Shown: positions 30,548-41,375 of the stretch, piece after piece
How positions within the stretch are numbered: position 1 is the first letter of the stretch
Layout: every line of letters begins with the position of its first letter
Virus record (IMG/VR): IMGVR_UViG_3300031965_000009
Coordinates: 1 to 64,000 of that record
DNA: 64,000 bases
Reading direction: 5' to 3' (one strand)
Source: a virus
Taxonomy: Duplodnaviria > Caudoviricetes
The notes under the pieces: model-generated
What the model was told of the DNA's origin: nothing
The model's input: only the letters and a program-made list of their open reading frames with translations
The model's database searches: none
Program-made: the position numbers and the translations under genes

Positions 30548-31402
30548 ATGGAGAAAAATAAAATGTCAACAATTAATTTACAAGATTTAATCGCTGTATT
30601 GCAAGGCATGGTACAACCAGAACAGGCACAATCCGTACCTACGCCAACATTGCCAACACCGACGCAACCAGCACGGCCGGCGGTCAAACCAGCGGCGCAA
30701 AAAAGCACGCACATTATCTACGCTTTACACCCCACCGGTTTAGTGCAAATTGGTGAAGTTGCCAATTATGGCAATGTTGCCTACGTTTCAAGCTCGCAGC
30801 AAAAGCATGAGCTTTGGCAAAACGCCAGCAATCTCACCGCTGGCTTAACACGTGAACAGCTTAACATCTTTGCAATCGCCAGAACGGCCGACGGACAGCC
30901 AATCATCTCAAGCAAGTCTGGTACCGTACGGACTTGGGCTTGTGGGTGCGGCCGCTTTGAACCGGGAAACACTTGCCGCTATGCCAAAAAGAACAAGCTA
31001 GCTTGTGCTGTTTCAAGCCAGCCAGGTGCAACCCAGGCGTCACCCCCAGCACGGCCAATCATTGCCGCTCCTGTACCTGTACCAGTAAACGTGCAAGTGG
31101 CAATGCCAAAGCCAAACAAACCGGCTACGCTTTCGGCGGCAAATTACACTTCTCAAGCATGGCCAAAACTCATCAACAAACAATGGCTTGACGCCGGTTA
31201 TAGTGCGGAATGGCAACGCTCACAAGCCGCCCGCGCCCGCTCTTACCTCATGACTGAGGGAGTAGGGATAAAGGATTTTTTCAATGATGTATATGGTGAA
31301 AAATTCACTGAGTTGTCTTACCCCCACATGATCGACGCGGCCGTACAAGTATCGTCCGAGTCTGAGCGGGCAAACAAATTCACTCCCGCTCCTATCAACT
31401 AG
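30548..31402 (+). CDS. Hypothetical protein with a Cys-rich (SWIM-like) motif and Pro-rich linkers
   Basis: WACGCGRFEPGNTCRY...LAC; followed by a strong terminator. Confidence 0.6.
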   Translation: MEKNKMSTINLQDLIAVLQGMVQPEQAQSVPTPTLPTPTQPARPAVKPAAQKSTHIIYALHPTGLVQIGEVANYGNVAYVSSSQQKHELWQNASNLTAGLTREQLNIFAIARTADGQPIISSKSGTVRTWACGCGRFEPGNTCRYAKKNKLACAVSSQPGATQASPPARPIIAAPVPVPVNVQVAMPKPNKPATLSAANYTSQAWPKLINKQWLDAGYSAEWQRSQAARARSYLMTEGVGIKDFFNDVYGEKFTELSYPHMIDAAVQVSSESERANKFTPAPIN

Positions 31403-31445
31403 CTAACAAGCTAGACTAGCCAATCATTAATCATAGGTCGAAAAC

Positions 31446-31483
31446 AAAAAAGCCAATCATGTAAAAGCATGATTGGCTTTTTT
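31446..31483 (+). terminator. Intrinsic terminator (bidirectional)
   Basis: AAAAAAGCCAATCATG-TAAAAG-CATGATTGGCTTTTTT. Confidence 0.85.
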
Positions 31484-32189
31484 GTTTTCTAGGCAATTTG
31501 AAAACTGCCTATTGACAAGTTAAAAAGTTTGTGCTACCCTACCAGCGGGGTGGGTTTGACCAGTTGAAAATTTTATAGTTTTTAAGAAGAGGTGAAAAGA
31601 TGTCAACAAAATACATACCAATGTTCCGTCAAGCAACGAGCGATAGCGAAATAGCTAGTGACTGGTATTACAGCCAGTCAGAATGCCACGCCAACAACCC
31701 ATATCACTGGTTTGTTGTTGAGCGTCAATTAGTTGAGCATTTTTCCATAGGCAATATTGCATACTGCACGGAAAAGATAGCCGAACAGGTTATCGGTTCT
31801 GATGGTAGAAGAAAATGACAATTCAGGAAATAAACGCACAATACGCAAGCAAGACGGCACAAGAAAAAGAGCAAGATTTCATGCTCTTGACGCAAGCATT
31901 GATCAAGATAGCAGGCATGTACAGCAGGGGACAATGGATCCCTGGCGGTAGAATTAGTTTATAGTTTTTTATAGTTTGAATGGAGAAATAAAATGTTTTT
32001 AGTAGCCTTGGTTTTTGTTCTTTTCTTCTTTGCCCTATGGTATGCCTTGAGCATTGGCTTAATCACACTGGGGACGCTTATTGTAGCATTTGCAATACTG
32101 GGGATAGCTGGCTTGATAGTCATGATGAGCTAGATCAGCCTGCTAGACAACTAAATAAGGTATCGGCCGGAACCGACAACACAAACCCT

Positions 32190-32218
32190 AGCCTATCTTA
32201 CCAGATAGGCTTTTTTTT
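32190..32218 (+). terminator. Intrinsic terminator
   Basis: AGCCTATCT-TACC-AGATAGGCT followed by a T run. Confidence 0.85.
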
Positions 32219-32404
32219 GCTTGCTTGTCACTCCCTCCCCTAGCTCATGCCTACCATGTCCCCTGAGCTATTCTTTGCCACCTAGAGGCGTTGATTATAC
32301 CTTAAACGATAATAAACGCCTTAGAACCAATCCTAGCCTACTCCTAGCCTGAATGACATGCTCTTGACTCATGCTCCTGTCTAGTCAATGCTTTAATGTT
32401 AAAG

Positions 32405-32831
32405 CATGTCAGCATGATACAAGTAACAGGTTAAACATGGTCTAGCATGGGGGACAAGCATGTCAGGCATGGCCTAGCAAGCATGAAAAGCATGGGTGCA
32501 TGGCATGTCATGCACCCATGCTTGCCATGCCATGCAAGCATGAACATGACATGGACAAAACATGGACAAAGCATGTGCATGTGGGTCCCATGCCATGCTT
32601 GCATGGAGGCATGGGACATGCGCCATGCCCCATGGTCATGCCCCAAAAACATGCCATTTTCATGCACTTACTTGACATAATCATGCTGGTAGTCATGCTA
32701 CATGCTACATGTTTCATGCTAGTATCATGATGTTTTTATTCTTTAATGAAGTACATGGAGGCATGCTAGGCATGTAAACATGCTCATGACATGCTCATGA
32801 GCATGTTCATGGACAGGCAAACATGCGCATG
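32405..32831. repeat. CATG-saturated non-coding tract
   Basis: About 47 CATG copies by hand count, with irregular short spacers. Confidence 0.9.
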
Positions 32832-32987
32832 CGAGTGTGTTATAAGAATTTTAGCTTGTTTTTTGTGATAAGGCAAGGGCATGGGGTGATAGCTGCCGCG
32901 AAAATTAGAAACATTCATGAAACTCTAATGTAATGTTCTAATATCACGGCATGGCAGGGAATGTTATGTAACATGCGGCATGTTAGA

Positions 32988-33413
32988 TCATGCGTGCTTG
33001 TTCATGCTCATGTCGAGCATTTTTGTTGTTGAATACACGCCGCTGGTGGAGGATGGCATTCGCCGGACTACATTGTCATCAAGGATCGCAATGATAGCTT
33101 CGTCGAATTCTGTGTGTTGGTCGTACCCCAAGACATAAAGGTCAAGGGCAGAATTGGCTATTTGCATTACATCATCGTCCCCGCACAGGAGAATAACCTC
33201 TGACACCGAGGGAACAAGTAACAAGTTTCTAGCCCTCGTCTCCTGGTTATAATATGGCCGCCTGCCCTTATTGTTCTCGACTGTAGCGTCTGACACAACA
33301 AACACAACCAATTCTTCTCCAAGAGAAGAACAGAACTCCAGCATGGAAATATGTCCTGGATGAAGGATGTAGTCGTATGTTCCACATGTCCCAACTCTTT
33401 TTATTTTATTCAT
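32988..33413 (-). CDS. Cytidylyltransferase (HxGH family, GCT/RibL-like)
   Basis: GTYDYILHPGHI; YNQETR; VLGYDQ. Confidence 0.85.
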   Translation of the reverse strand: MNKIKRVGTCGTYDYILHPGHISMLEFCSSLGEELVVFVVSDATVENNKGRRPYYNQETRARNLLLVPSVSEVILLCGDDDVMQIANSALDLYVLGYDQHTEFDEAIIAILDDNVVRRMPSSTSGVYSTTKMLDMSMNKHA

Positions 33414-35708
33414 ATCTTCATGCTCCTAGCTCCTTCCATGTTATAAAGTACTTGTCATGCTTTTCGTCTGTAAGCTCAATGCCATGCTCTTGAACGCTTA
33501 CACTAACCATGCCTTGCCCCTCCCATGTTGCATGGCTCATGCACCATGCAAAGAGCATGTTTGTCATCTCCTCCCACTTCAGCCATTCCTCTGGTTTGAA
33601 GCTATCTTTTGTTATCATTATCACCTCTCGGAACTAGAACTCATAACAAAGAGTTCGTCATGTATTTCCTTGTTGCTTTTCTTCCATTTGTTAGACCGGA
33701 GCTTGTCCAGGTACCTGCGATTGCCAATAAGTGCTGACGCCAAACCATTTCTAATCGAAGATTCGCTTGGTTCGTACCAGCCGTCTATGGCAAAGTATCT
33801 GCCGTACCTGGCGCTGTATGCATCATTGATTGTGCTCTTTACCCAGTAGTCTGTCCAGGCATGCTCAACGTTCTTGTACACATACCACATGGTTCTGTCG
33901 TCTACGGTGGCGATGTATTCCATGATAAACTTCATGTCTCCATGCCCAAAGTCTTCCGGCCATGCTTCAACCGGCCATGAACGCAAGGCCCATGGTTCTG
34001 CCTTGCGTTTTAATGACAGGAGGACATGATACCCATGCGGTAGTTTTATGTCTGTCTCTAGGTTTACTATCATGCTACCACCCATGCCGGCATGTCTCCA
34101 TGCTCCCATTCTCTAGCCCTGTCTACAACGTAATCAGGCGCAGGATCATGCGGGTCTATCTCGCAGATAGCATTGAATTCAGCTTCTTTCATCCAGTCTT
34201 CCCCATACAAGTCCCTGCACAGTGCCTGCCCCCAATCCCATGACTTACCATTGATGTCATGCACCGTACCGCCATGCGCCCTACTCATCCTTGATACCCA
34301 TTCTATCAGGTACGCCCATGTGTCATGTAAGTTGTTATTCATTTGTCTTCACTCCAGGTCACTCATTGGGTTCCAGTCAAATATAGCTCTCGTAAGCTCT
34401 TCTATCCTGGCGCGTTCAGAGGCAGTATACTGTCCATTACCCTTATCATTAAAATAGCAGCGGGCTGCATCTGCCATGTCTGCAAGCGACTTAAATTCGC
34501 TACCAGACAGACTTATTGTAATTTCCATTGCTGGTGCGGTTATCTTCATTATCATTCTCCTTCATGCTTTCATATCCTACTGTTTATCCATGGCCATACA
34601 TCTTTGCCGTACACAGCTTCAATCACTGCATCGAACAAGTAATGTTCAATATTTTGACGGTCAAGACCAGACCATGGGTGATCGGCATCGGCGATAGAGG
34701 CTTCTGCAATACCCATGACGCCGCTCCAGTCTATCTCTTCTAGCTTTTCTGGTTTCGCTACATGCTCTGGTTGCGCATGTTCAATATTATTACTCATGTT
34801 TCATTCTCCTCTAGTGTTCTCATAACCACCTTTTTAGAAACTCCAAGCCGCCCTCGTATCTGGCATACCTGTCTATCCACGATATGATAAAGGCAAGCAT
34901 TTCGACATCGCCAAGTTCAATTAGCTTCTCGGCAAGAGTATCGTAATCTTTGCTCTCGACAAGGAGCATGAGTTCAATCTTTGTTATTTCAGGCATGTCA
35001 TGCCTTGCCTCCCCAGCCCTTGCCCCGGTAAATGACCGCTGGCTTGCTGATAAGCTTCTTGCTTTCCTGCTTGCACTTAGGGCATGATGGCAAAGGCGAG
35101 ACATGCTCATGCTCGAATACATGCCCGCATGACATGCACCTGTAATCGTATTTCATTCTTCACCCTCCTCAAATTCACTCAGGTGGCAAAGTACCACCCC
35201 ACCTTCTTCTCTATCTGACGCGCCGCAGGCTGCATGGAATCCGAAACGAACCATGCCATTTTCCAGGTTCTTCCAGCCACCGACCTCGATGTAGTCTGGC
35301 GATGGTAGCGTTGATTTCTTTGCAGCAAGGCTAACCATTCTTTTGTGCACGTTTTTCCAATGCTCTATGCATATTCTTGCCTCTTCTTGATTCATTCTTC
35401 ATTCTCCTTTGTTAATCGCGTTGCGGGTCATGGATCAGTTCTCTGTACCTCGCCACCGCCTCCGATATTTTCATTGATTCATCGCCATTGGATAGTCCGT
35501 CGCTACCATAACTCCAACCCTCCGAGACGAAGTAATTTAGTATCAACCCGATCTCTACGGTTCTTACCTCTTCCTCGATCTGGTTCCACTCGTGCCACGG
35601 TGGAGACCAGAGCTTATACTCGTTCCCATCAACCGTAACAATAAACTCGCTCCCGGCAACACTAAATACATTTCCAGTCCTTTGTATATTTACTGACGTG
35701 CTCATGTT

Positions 35709-36281
35709 TCATTCTCCTTGTAATGGCGAGTAAGCATACCCGCCATTCCGTAGTTCAAAGTGCAGGTGACTATACCCCACACTAACATTACCTGTCTCCC
35801 CCACTTTACCTACCATGCTCCCCTGCCCAACGCTCTGGCCGCATGCAACATGCACTTCGGACAGGTGAAACAACAACGAGTACCACCCGCCCCCATGTGC
35901 TATGGCTACCGTCTCCCCGAACCCCCATGTTGACCACCCGGCCCATATTACCACGCCGCTTGCTGGTGCAAGAACAGCACTACCTGTAGGGGCGATGATG
36001 TCCACGCCGGTATGCTTGACAGAGAATGGTCGGCGCTCGTTTACCACCCCGCCTGGCACAGGGAAGAGCAGCCCTGGCCTTGCCCCACTCCCCTGGGGCA
36101 TGCCATAGCCTGGACAAACCCCCTCGTCATCTTCTGTCAGCCCAACCCATGGCTGGCCAATGCCCCAATAACCCTGTTCCTGTACCTGGGTATATGTTAC
36201 AACCTGTACAGGTTCAGGAACATGAACAGGCGCATAGCATGGGAAGAGCGTGAACAGGGAGCACATGATGTATAGTATCAC
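35709..36281 (-). CDS. Secreted M23 peptidase
   Basis: Signal-peptide-like N-terminus; HTGVDI, FHL and HLHFE motifs. Confidence 0.85.
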   Translation of the reverse strand: MILYIMCSLFTLFPCYAPVHVPEPVQVVTYTQVQEQGYWGIGQPWVGLTEDDEGVCPGYGMPQGSGARPGLLFPVPGGVVNERRPFSVKHTGVDIIAPTGSAVLAPASGVVIWAGWSTWGFGETVAIAHGGGWYSLLFHLSEVHVACGQSVGQGSMVGKVGETGNVSVGYSHLHFELRNGGYAYSPLQGE

Positions 36282-36566
36282 CGTGCCTCCATAGCCTGTC
36301 TCGCCAACCTAACACCATCTTCCATACTATTGGCCTCGCCATCACAGAACCACGTATCCCCATCTGTGGCATACCAGTAAAAGTTATTTCCAGGCGAGAC
36401 TATAGAGCTACGCAAGGGCGAAACACAGGCCACAACCTTGCCACCGTCATTTTCTTCTACCAATGTTATTTTATTCATTCTCTTTCATTCCTCCCAGCCA
36501 GGTATCCTAGCGCAAAGACACTACCGAATGTAAGCAGGATTACCACAGCCGCTACTATCTGTTCTA

Positions 36567-36788
36567 TCATTGCTTAACCTCCATAAGGCATGGTCTTTGT
36601 TCTCTGGCCATTCTTCTGATGTCTTCACCAATATGTGAAGCAAATATGTCATCCCATCTCCTCATGCTATCATATATCTCATAGGCGCTGCTGAAAGCAT
36701 CGGCGCATGCCTGCATGGTGATACCAAATCCATTGATAACTCTTACGGCCTCTGTTGCCATTCTCGTTAGCTTATCAAGATCGTCCAT
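36567..36788 (-). CDS. Small helical protein with C-terminal CLM
   Basis: Ends RPCLMEVKQ; no KOW motif. Confidence 0.55.
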   Translation of the reverse strand: MDDLDKLTRMATEAVRVINGFGITMQACADAFSSAYEIYDSMRRWDDIFASHIGEDIRRMAREQRPCLMEVKQ

Positions 36789-37293
36789 GTTTCACCTTAC
36801 TGCGTGCTTGGCACGATCTGCCAGTTGATAACATACACCCCGCTTCCTGGTTCAGGCAGCGATATGCCAACGGCCCCGAAGTCATCACCAAGCACCTGCG
36901 CCGTGGCATTCTCGCCCGGAGATAGGGAGCCTGTGGCCGAAGCAACGATTATGGCCTCCCCGGTGCAGACGGGTATGAACTCAATGCCTGCCCTGCCCCA
37001 TGTATCATTGTCCAACGGTATCTCCGCTTTTCCGGCCTGCACTGCGTTCGTGCACATGGTTCTTGCCTGCGCCTGCCCAGACATGGCAAGCAGCAATGGT
37101 AGTAACAGTAATATCATTTTCTTATTCATCTAGTAACTCCTTTGCTCTAATGTAAATACAATCATGTTCATGATTAACATTGTTCCTTCGTGACATAGAA
37201 CGACAGAAGAAACACATATAATCAACTACAGTATAATTAACTACAGGATCACCATCATCGGCGAACCACTCCTCCCACAATTCAAGCGCCCGT

Positions 37294-37704
37294 TCAGCAC
37301 GCCTGATATTCATTGGGCTTTTTATTTTCATCGTTCATAATCCTCTCTACTAATTCATACTTTGTTAATTTGTGCAGCCTTGAAAACCTGTTCACGTAAT
37401 CACGCCTGACCCACCACTTGCCATGCTGCTTGATACCAGGCAAGCGGCCGTCAAAGCACATCTTGCCAACGGTGCGGGCCGCTAACCCAAGCCTGTCAGA
37501 TGCTGCATTTATATCAAAATACAGCGTGCTGTCAAATACTGGCTTTTCTGCTTCCTCTACCGGCAAGGGGGCAAGGTTCAATGCCCGCCTGACGACAGGG
37601 ACGGCATGTCCCGGAACACCATATTTCTTCCAGTTCATGACCGTGGTGTACGGCTTTTCCAGCTTCTTGCTCAGGTAGTTCACCTGCCATGATTCAAGTC
37701 TCAT
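37294..37704 (-). CDS. Double-HTH DNA-binding protein (excisionase/MerR-like)
   Basis: INAASDRLGLAARTVGKMCFDGRLPGIKQHGKWWV. Confidence 0.7.
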   Translation of the reverse strand: MRLESWQVNYLSKKLEKPYTTVMNWKKYGVPGHAVPVVRRALNLAPLPVEEAEKPVFDSTLYFDINAASDRLGLAARTVGKMCFDGRLPGIKQHGKWWVRRDYVNRFSRLHKLTKYELVERIMNDENKKPNEYQAC

Positions 37705-37705
37705 G

Positions 37706-37924
37706 TTATCTTTTCTCCATGGGGCATGGTTTCTCTTCCACGAACCCGTCATTCCATCTCGGCCCCGGCTGATACCCCCAGATGTACCTTCCACCATCTG
37801 CCCACCAATCGCCTGTTTCATGATACGATATATAGTATTCGTTCAGACTCCTTGCCAACATACTACGAAAGTCCTCAGTCTTGACACCAACCCTTACTGT
37901 AATAAGTGTTTTATCGGACTTCAT
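37706..37924 (-). CDS. Small CxM-family protein (CPM)
   Basis: Ends KPCPMEKR. Confidence 0.55.
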   Translation of the reverse strand: MKSDKTLITVRVGVKTEDFRSMLARSLNEYYISYHETGDWWADGGRYIWGYQPGPRWNDGFVEEKPCPMEKR

Positions 37925-38222
37925 TCTTCACCTCCATCATACACCTATAATCTATGAACTCAAGCTTACTTCCAAACACAAAGTTAGCCCTAGTTTCATC
38001 TAGCATGATATGCTCTACTGGTACAGATAGGTCTTGCTTGTCAAATACAACGATGTAGTCATGTGCATCACTGTTTTGTTTTGGATTATGGTACATTGAA
38101 CGTCTTGCTACAGCCCAACATATCTGCCCGGCCTTCACCCCGCTAGGGTCATTACTAACAACCCTCACCTTCTGTACTTCAATGGCCCCAAACCCCCTGT
38201 AGTCATGTATTGCGTTCGGCAT
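37911..38222 (-). CDS. CxM-family protein (CMM)
   Basis: Tandem paralog of 38203-38535 (IHDY...DY.VVF...LEFI..CMMEVKN). Confidence 0.7.
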   Translation of the reverse strand: MPNAIHDYRGFGAIEVQKVRVVSNDPSGVKAGQICWAVARRSMYHNPKQNSDAHDYIVVFDKQDLSVPVEHIMLDETRANFVFGSKLEFIDYRCMMEVKNEVR

Positions 38223-38535
38223 TCTTAACCTCCATCATGCATTCTTCTGGTATAAACTCCAGGTGTCTTTCGTATACATACCCGGCCCTACCAATCCTCA
38301 TTAATTCATGCAAGGGCAAAGATAGGGCATCCTTTTTGAAAACCATTACGTAATCAACCTCGAGCCGCATCGCTTCGGTCCTGTCCCTCCCCCTTATCGA
38401 CTCTATAGCCTTGTGGTTACTCGATACTACCCACCCCATCTTCCCGGCCCCTAGACCCGGCTGCCCGACTGTCACCCTTACCATTCTTGGCTTGTCTAAT
38501 GCCTTGTACGAATAGTAGTCATGTATGTTGCTCAT
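38203..38535 (-). CDS. CxM-family protein (CMM)
   Basis: ATGA overlap with the DnaB stop; ends EECMMEVKNAERNT. Confidence 0.7.
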   Translation of the reverse strand: MSNIHDYYSYKALDKPRMVRVTVGQPGLGAGKMGWVVSSNHKAIESIRGRDRTEAMRLEVDYVMVFKKDALSLPLHELMRIGRAGYVYERHLEFIPEECMMEVKNAERNT

Positions 38536-39842
38536 TGTACAATACTCCTTGTTATATTCATGAAGCTTGCCGCCCGTGGGTTCCAAACAAGCTCAACCGT
38601 CCCCACTGAACCATCCCGGTTCTTGGCGACAATGTTTTCCGCCAACTGCTTTCTGCTACTTCCCATGGGGTCATAGTAATCATCCCTGTACAGGAATGTA
38701 ACAGAGTAAGCATCTTGTTCAATGGCTCCTGACCCACGCAGGTCAGCAAGTGTAGGCCGCTTGTCACTCCTGCTTTCCAGTGACCTGTTTAATTGCGCCG
38801 CAAGAATGGACGTTACATCGGCCTCCTTGCTTATCTGTGTCAATCTCTTTGTTATCTTGGCGATGTCGTAGACATCATTACCACTGCCCTTGTCAGGCTC
38901 CATGAGGTGCAGGTGATCATAGATGATCAGGTCTAATCCATGCACCGCCTTTATCCTGGCTACCTTGGCTCTGGCCTGTGACGGCGTTAGCCCCCCAGTC
39001 TCGTCAAGGAAAAGAGACGAGCTATTAATCTTGTCAACGACAGCATGCACCTTATACATGGCGGCATCACTTAGCTTGCCGCCCCGCAGCAAGTGCATGT
39101 CTATGCCTGTCTCGTGAGCCACAAGCCGCTGGGCCATCTGCTTGGCAGTCATCTCAAGGCTGAAAAACAGCACCCGCTTGTGCTCGATGAACAGGTTGTG
39201 GGCAATCACGCCTGTCAGCCAGGCCGACTTGCCCATGGCCGGCCGAGCGGCAAGGACATGCAGGAACGGGGACGCAAGTCCACCACCCATGAAGTTGTCA
39301 TACTCGCTATACCCAGTCCTTGAACCAACCAGTTCACCTTGATCAAAGTAATCAAGGTATTCACTTGCCACCGCCTTACCGGTCTTGACATCGCTGTTCA
39401 CCCTGGTTGTAGAAAGGTCTAGGATAGCGCTTTCGCTTGCGGCTATCTGCTCTTCTAAGTCCCCCCCCTCGTCATAAGCCAGATTGGCCGTCATGTTGGC
39501 CAGGGCAAGTAGCTTCCTTCTGCCGGAGGCATCCTTGATTATCCTGGCATAGTCTTTGGCATTCCATGATGTTGGAGAAGCGTTAATCAGACCAAGCAAA
39601 TACCCTTCCCCACCCATGTCTTCTAGCCTTCCACGTTTCCTTAAGTCATCCGTGACAGTGATAAGGTCTACACTCTTGTTATTATTGTCAAGACTAACAA
39701 GCGATTCATATACCCAGGCATTTACCTCCCGGTAAAAGTCTGTAGCCTCAATCTGTACATGCTTGATGGCATCAGGGTCAATGAGCAATGCCCCCAATAA
39801 TGCCTCTTCTGCTTCTATGTTATTTGGTGGGCTTTCGTTCAC
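38532..39842 (-). CDS. dnaB: Replicative DNA helicase
   Basis: PPNNIEAEEALLGALL; Walker A AARPAMGKS; FFSLEM; AQLNRSLE; LADLRGSGAIEQDA. Confidence 0.95.
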   Translation of the reverse strand: MNESPPNNIEAEEALLGALLIDPDAIKHVQIEATDFYREVNAWVYESLVSLDNNNKSVDLITVTDDLRKRGRLEDMGGEGYLLGLINASPTSWNAKDYARIIKDASGRRKLLALANMTANLAYDEGGDLEEQIAASESAILDLSTTRVNSDVKTGKAVASEYLDYFDQGELVGSRTGYSEYDNFMGGGLASPFLHVLAARPAMGKSAWLTGVIAHNLFIEHKRVLFFSLEMTAKQMAQRLVAHETGIDMHLLRGGKLSDAAMYKVHAVVDKINSSSLFLDETGGLTPSQARAKVARIKAVHGLDLIIYDHLHLMEPDKGSGNDVYDIAKITKRLTQISKEADVTSILAAQLNRSLESRSDKRPTLADLRGSGAIEQDAYSVTFLYRDDYYDPMGSSRKQLAENIVAKNRDGSVGTVELVWNPRAASFMNITRSIVQ

Positions 39843-40449
39843 AGTGTCACCGTATTAACCACCACCCCATTGCCCAACATGTTATCCATGTAGCTGAAAT
39901 CGCAGGCCAGCAGGTCAACAACGGCAAACAAATGCGTTGTCCTCCCTTTACCCAACTTGGCCTTCTTGTTCTTGAAGGCAAGTATCTCTGCGTATATTTC
40001 ACCAAACCCGTCCTTACCAAAGACAGTGAACTCTGCCTCCTTTATCTCTTCGTCAATGAATATATTCAGGTAGCCTGTGATGGTCTTGCCATCAGCCACG
40101 TCTGCGTCAACGATGTCTATCTCAAGTACAGGCGGCCTGTACTTAGCCTGCATGTGGCCGGAGCATGCTCCCCCCACCCTACCGTTCACTGACACCAAAC
40201 TAACCTCCCCCCAACATTCTTCTGATGATCTATAGCACTTCATTCTCTTTTCCTCTCTCTAAGACAAGACATTACCAGCCGAGCATTCAAGGACTATCTC
40301 GAACGGGCAGGCATGTTTTCCATTCACCTCGAATATCTCCAGCCTGCGCATGGCAAGGTCGGCTATAGTCTCGCGGTAGACGGGGTCAATGTCGTCGATG
40401 TACACATAACTAGTATCACCTTCTTTGTACACCGGGACGTTAATCCTCA

Positions 40450-41115
40450 TTAGTCACACTCCGGGCATGTAATCTCTTGATCCTCTTCGCATGTTGGCAT
40501 GTTTTCCCAGGCAGACATGTAGCCGCATTCCTCGCAGATGTACATGTCGTCCCAGCCTGGGAGAATGTACTCCCCACTAAGGATATTAAAAAGCTTGACG
40601 CTGTCAATGCGACCATGATAGTCGCGGACAAGCTTCTCCCATTTTTCTTCATAGAATATTCTCCTGTGCTTACTGCATAAGGGGATGGCTTGCGATGGGG
40701 AGATGGCGATACTGGTGTTAAAGTACAACCCAATATCGTTACTACCGCACACGCCACACCCCGTTGATATTAGGGCGTTCATTGAGTCGGGCATGAATAT
40801 ACATAGTTCTTGAAAGCAAGCTGTGCATATATTCCCAGCCTCCCTCTGGAACTCCCCCCACGTCTCTGGGACTACAGAGTAATCCTTTAGTAGTATGATG
40901 CCACAGACGGCACACTTGTCATTGGGGTCACTACCATCGTGACCGACAAGCCTGTATATCCGTATGTCAGCATCTCTGATGTCAACCTGTGTCCTGTTGA
41001 ACATAGAATAAAAATCGCCGTAGCTTATCCCGGTTTCCTCGATAATCTCGGCGCTTGTCAAACTGCTGTTTTTCAGTAGATCAGCCACTACGCTTCTTTG
41101 TGTGCTGGTACCCAT
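40450..41115 (-). CDS. HTH + multiple Zn-finger protein
   Basis: N-terminal HTH-like segment; several CxxC pairs. Confidence 0.55.
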   Translation of the reverse strand: MGTSTQRSVVADLLKNSSLTSAEIIEETGISYGDFYSMFNRTQVDIRDADIRIYRLVGHDGSDPNDKCAVCGIILLKDYSVVPETWGEFQREAGNICTACFQELCIFMPDSMNALISTGCGVCGSNDIGLYFNTSIAISPSQAIPLCSKHRRIFYEEKWEKLVRDYHGRIDSVKLFNILSGEYILPGWDDMYICEECGYMSAWENMPTCEEDQEITCPECD

Positions 41116-41359
41116 GTTATTCCTCGTATGGAATCGTTTGGGGGTGGAAGCTCAAAATAGAATAGAGGTAGCAGGAAATTATCATGGCCCAGGAACTCGT
41201 ACTGGCCACTGTGCTTCTTGAGTATTTCCTCTATATCTTTCGATGTCGGGGTAATCAATGCCCCGTTCAACCCACTTCGATCCAGTGTGTATATCATAAT
41301 ACCAGCAATTCTATCACAAAATACCTAAGTTGACCTTGTTTTAATTAAACGTTAATGTG

Positions 41360-41368
41360 TGATACAAT
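41360..41368 (+). promoter_or_regulatory. Extended -10 promoter, leaderless
   Basis: TGaTACAAT followed by 7 nt and the ATG at 41376. Confidence 0.55.
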
Positions 41369-41375
41369 TGATTCT

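Noticed and set aside
32405-32831. CRISPR array, or the His/Met/Cys-rich ORFs listed in the track
   Set aside because: There is no constant 25-45 nt repeat with unique spacers. The overlapping ORFs on both strands are by-products of CATG density and lack RBSs.
7056-38535. CxM as a pure DNA artefact of CATG enrichment
   Set aside because: Several members (TGT TTA ATG, TGC TTA ATG, TGT ATG ATG) keep Cys and Met without a CATG at that site. A partial contribution cannot be excluded without statistics.
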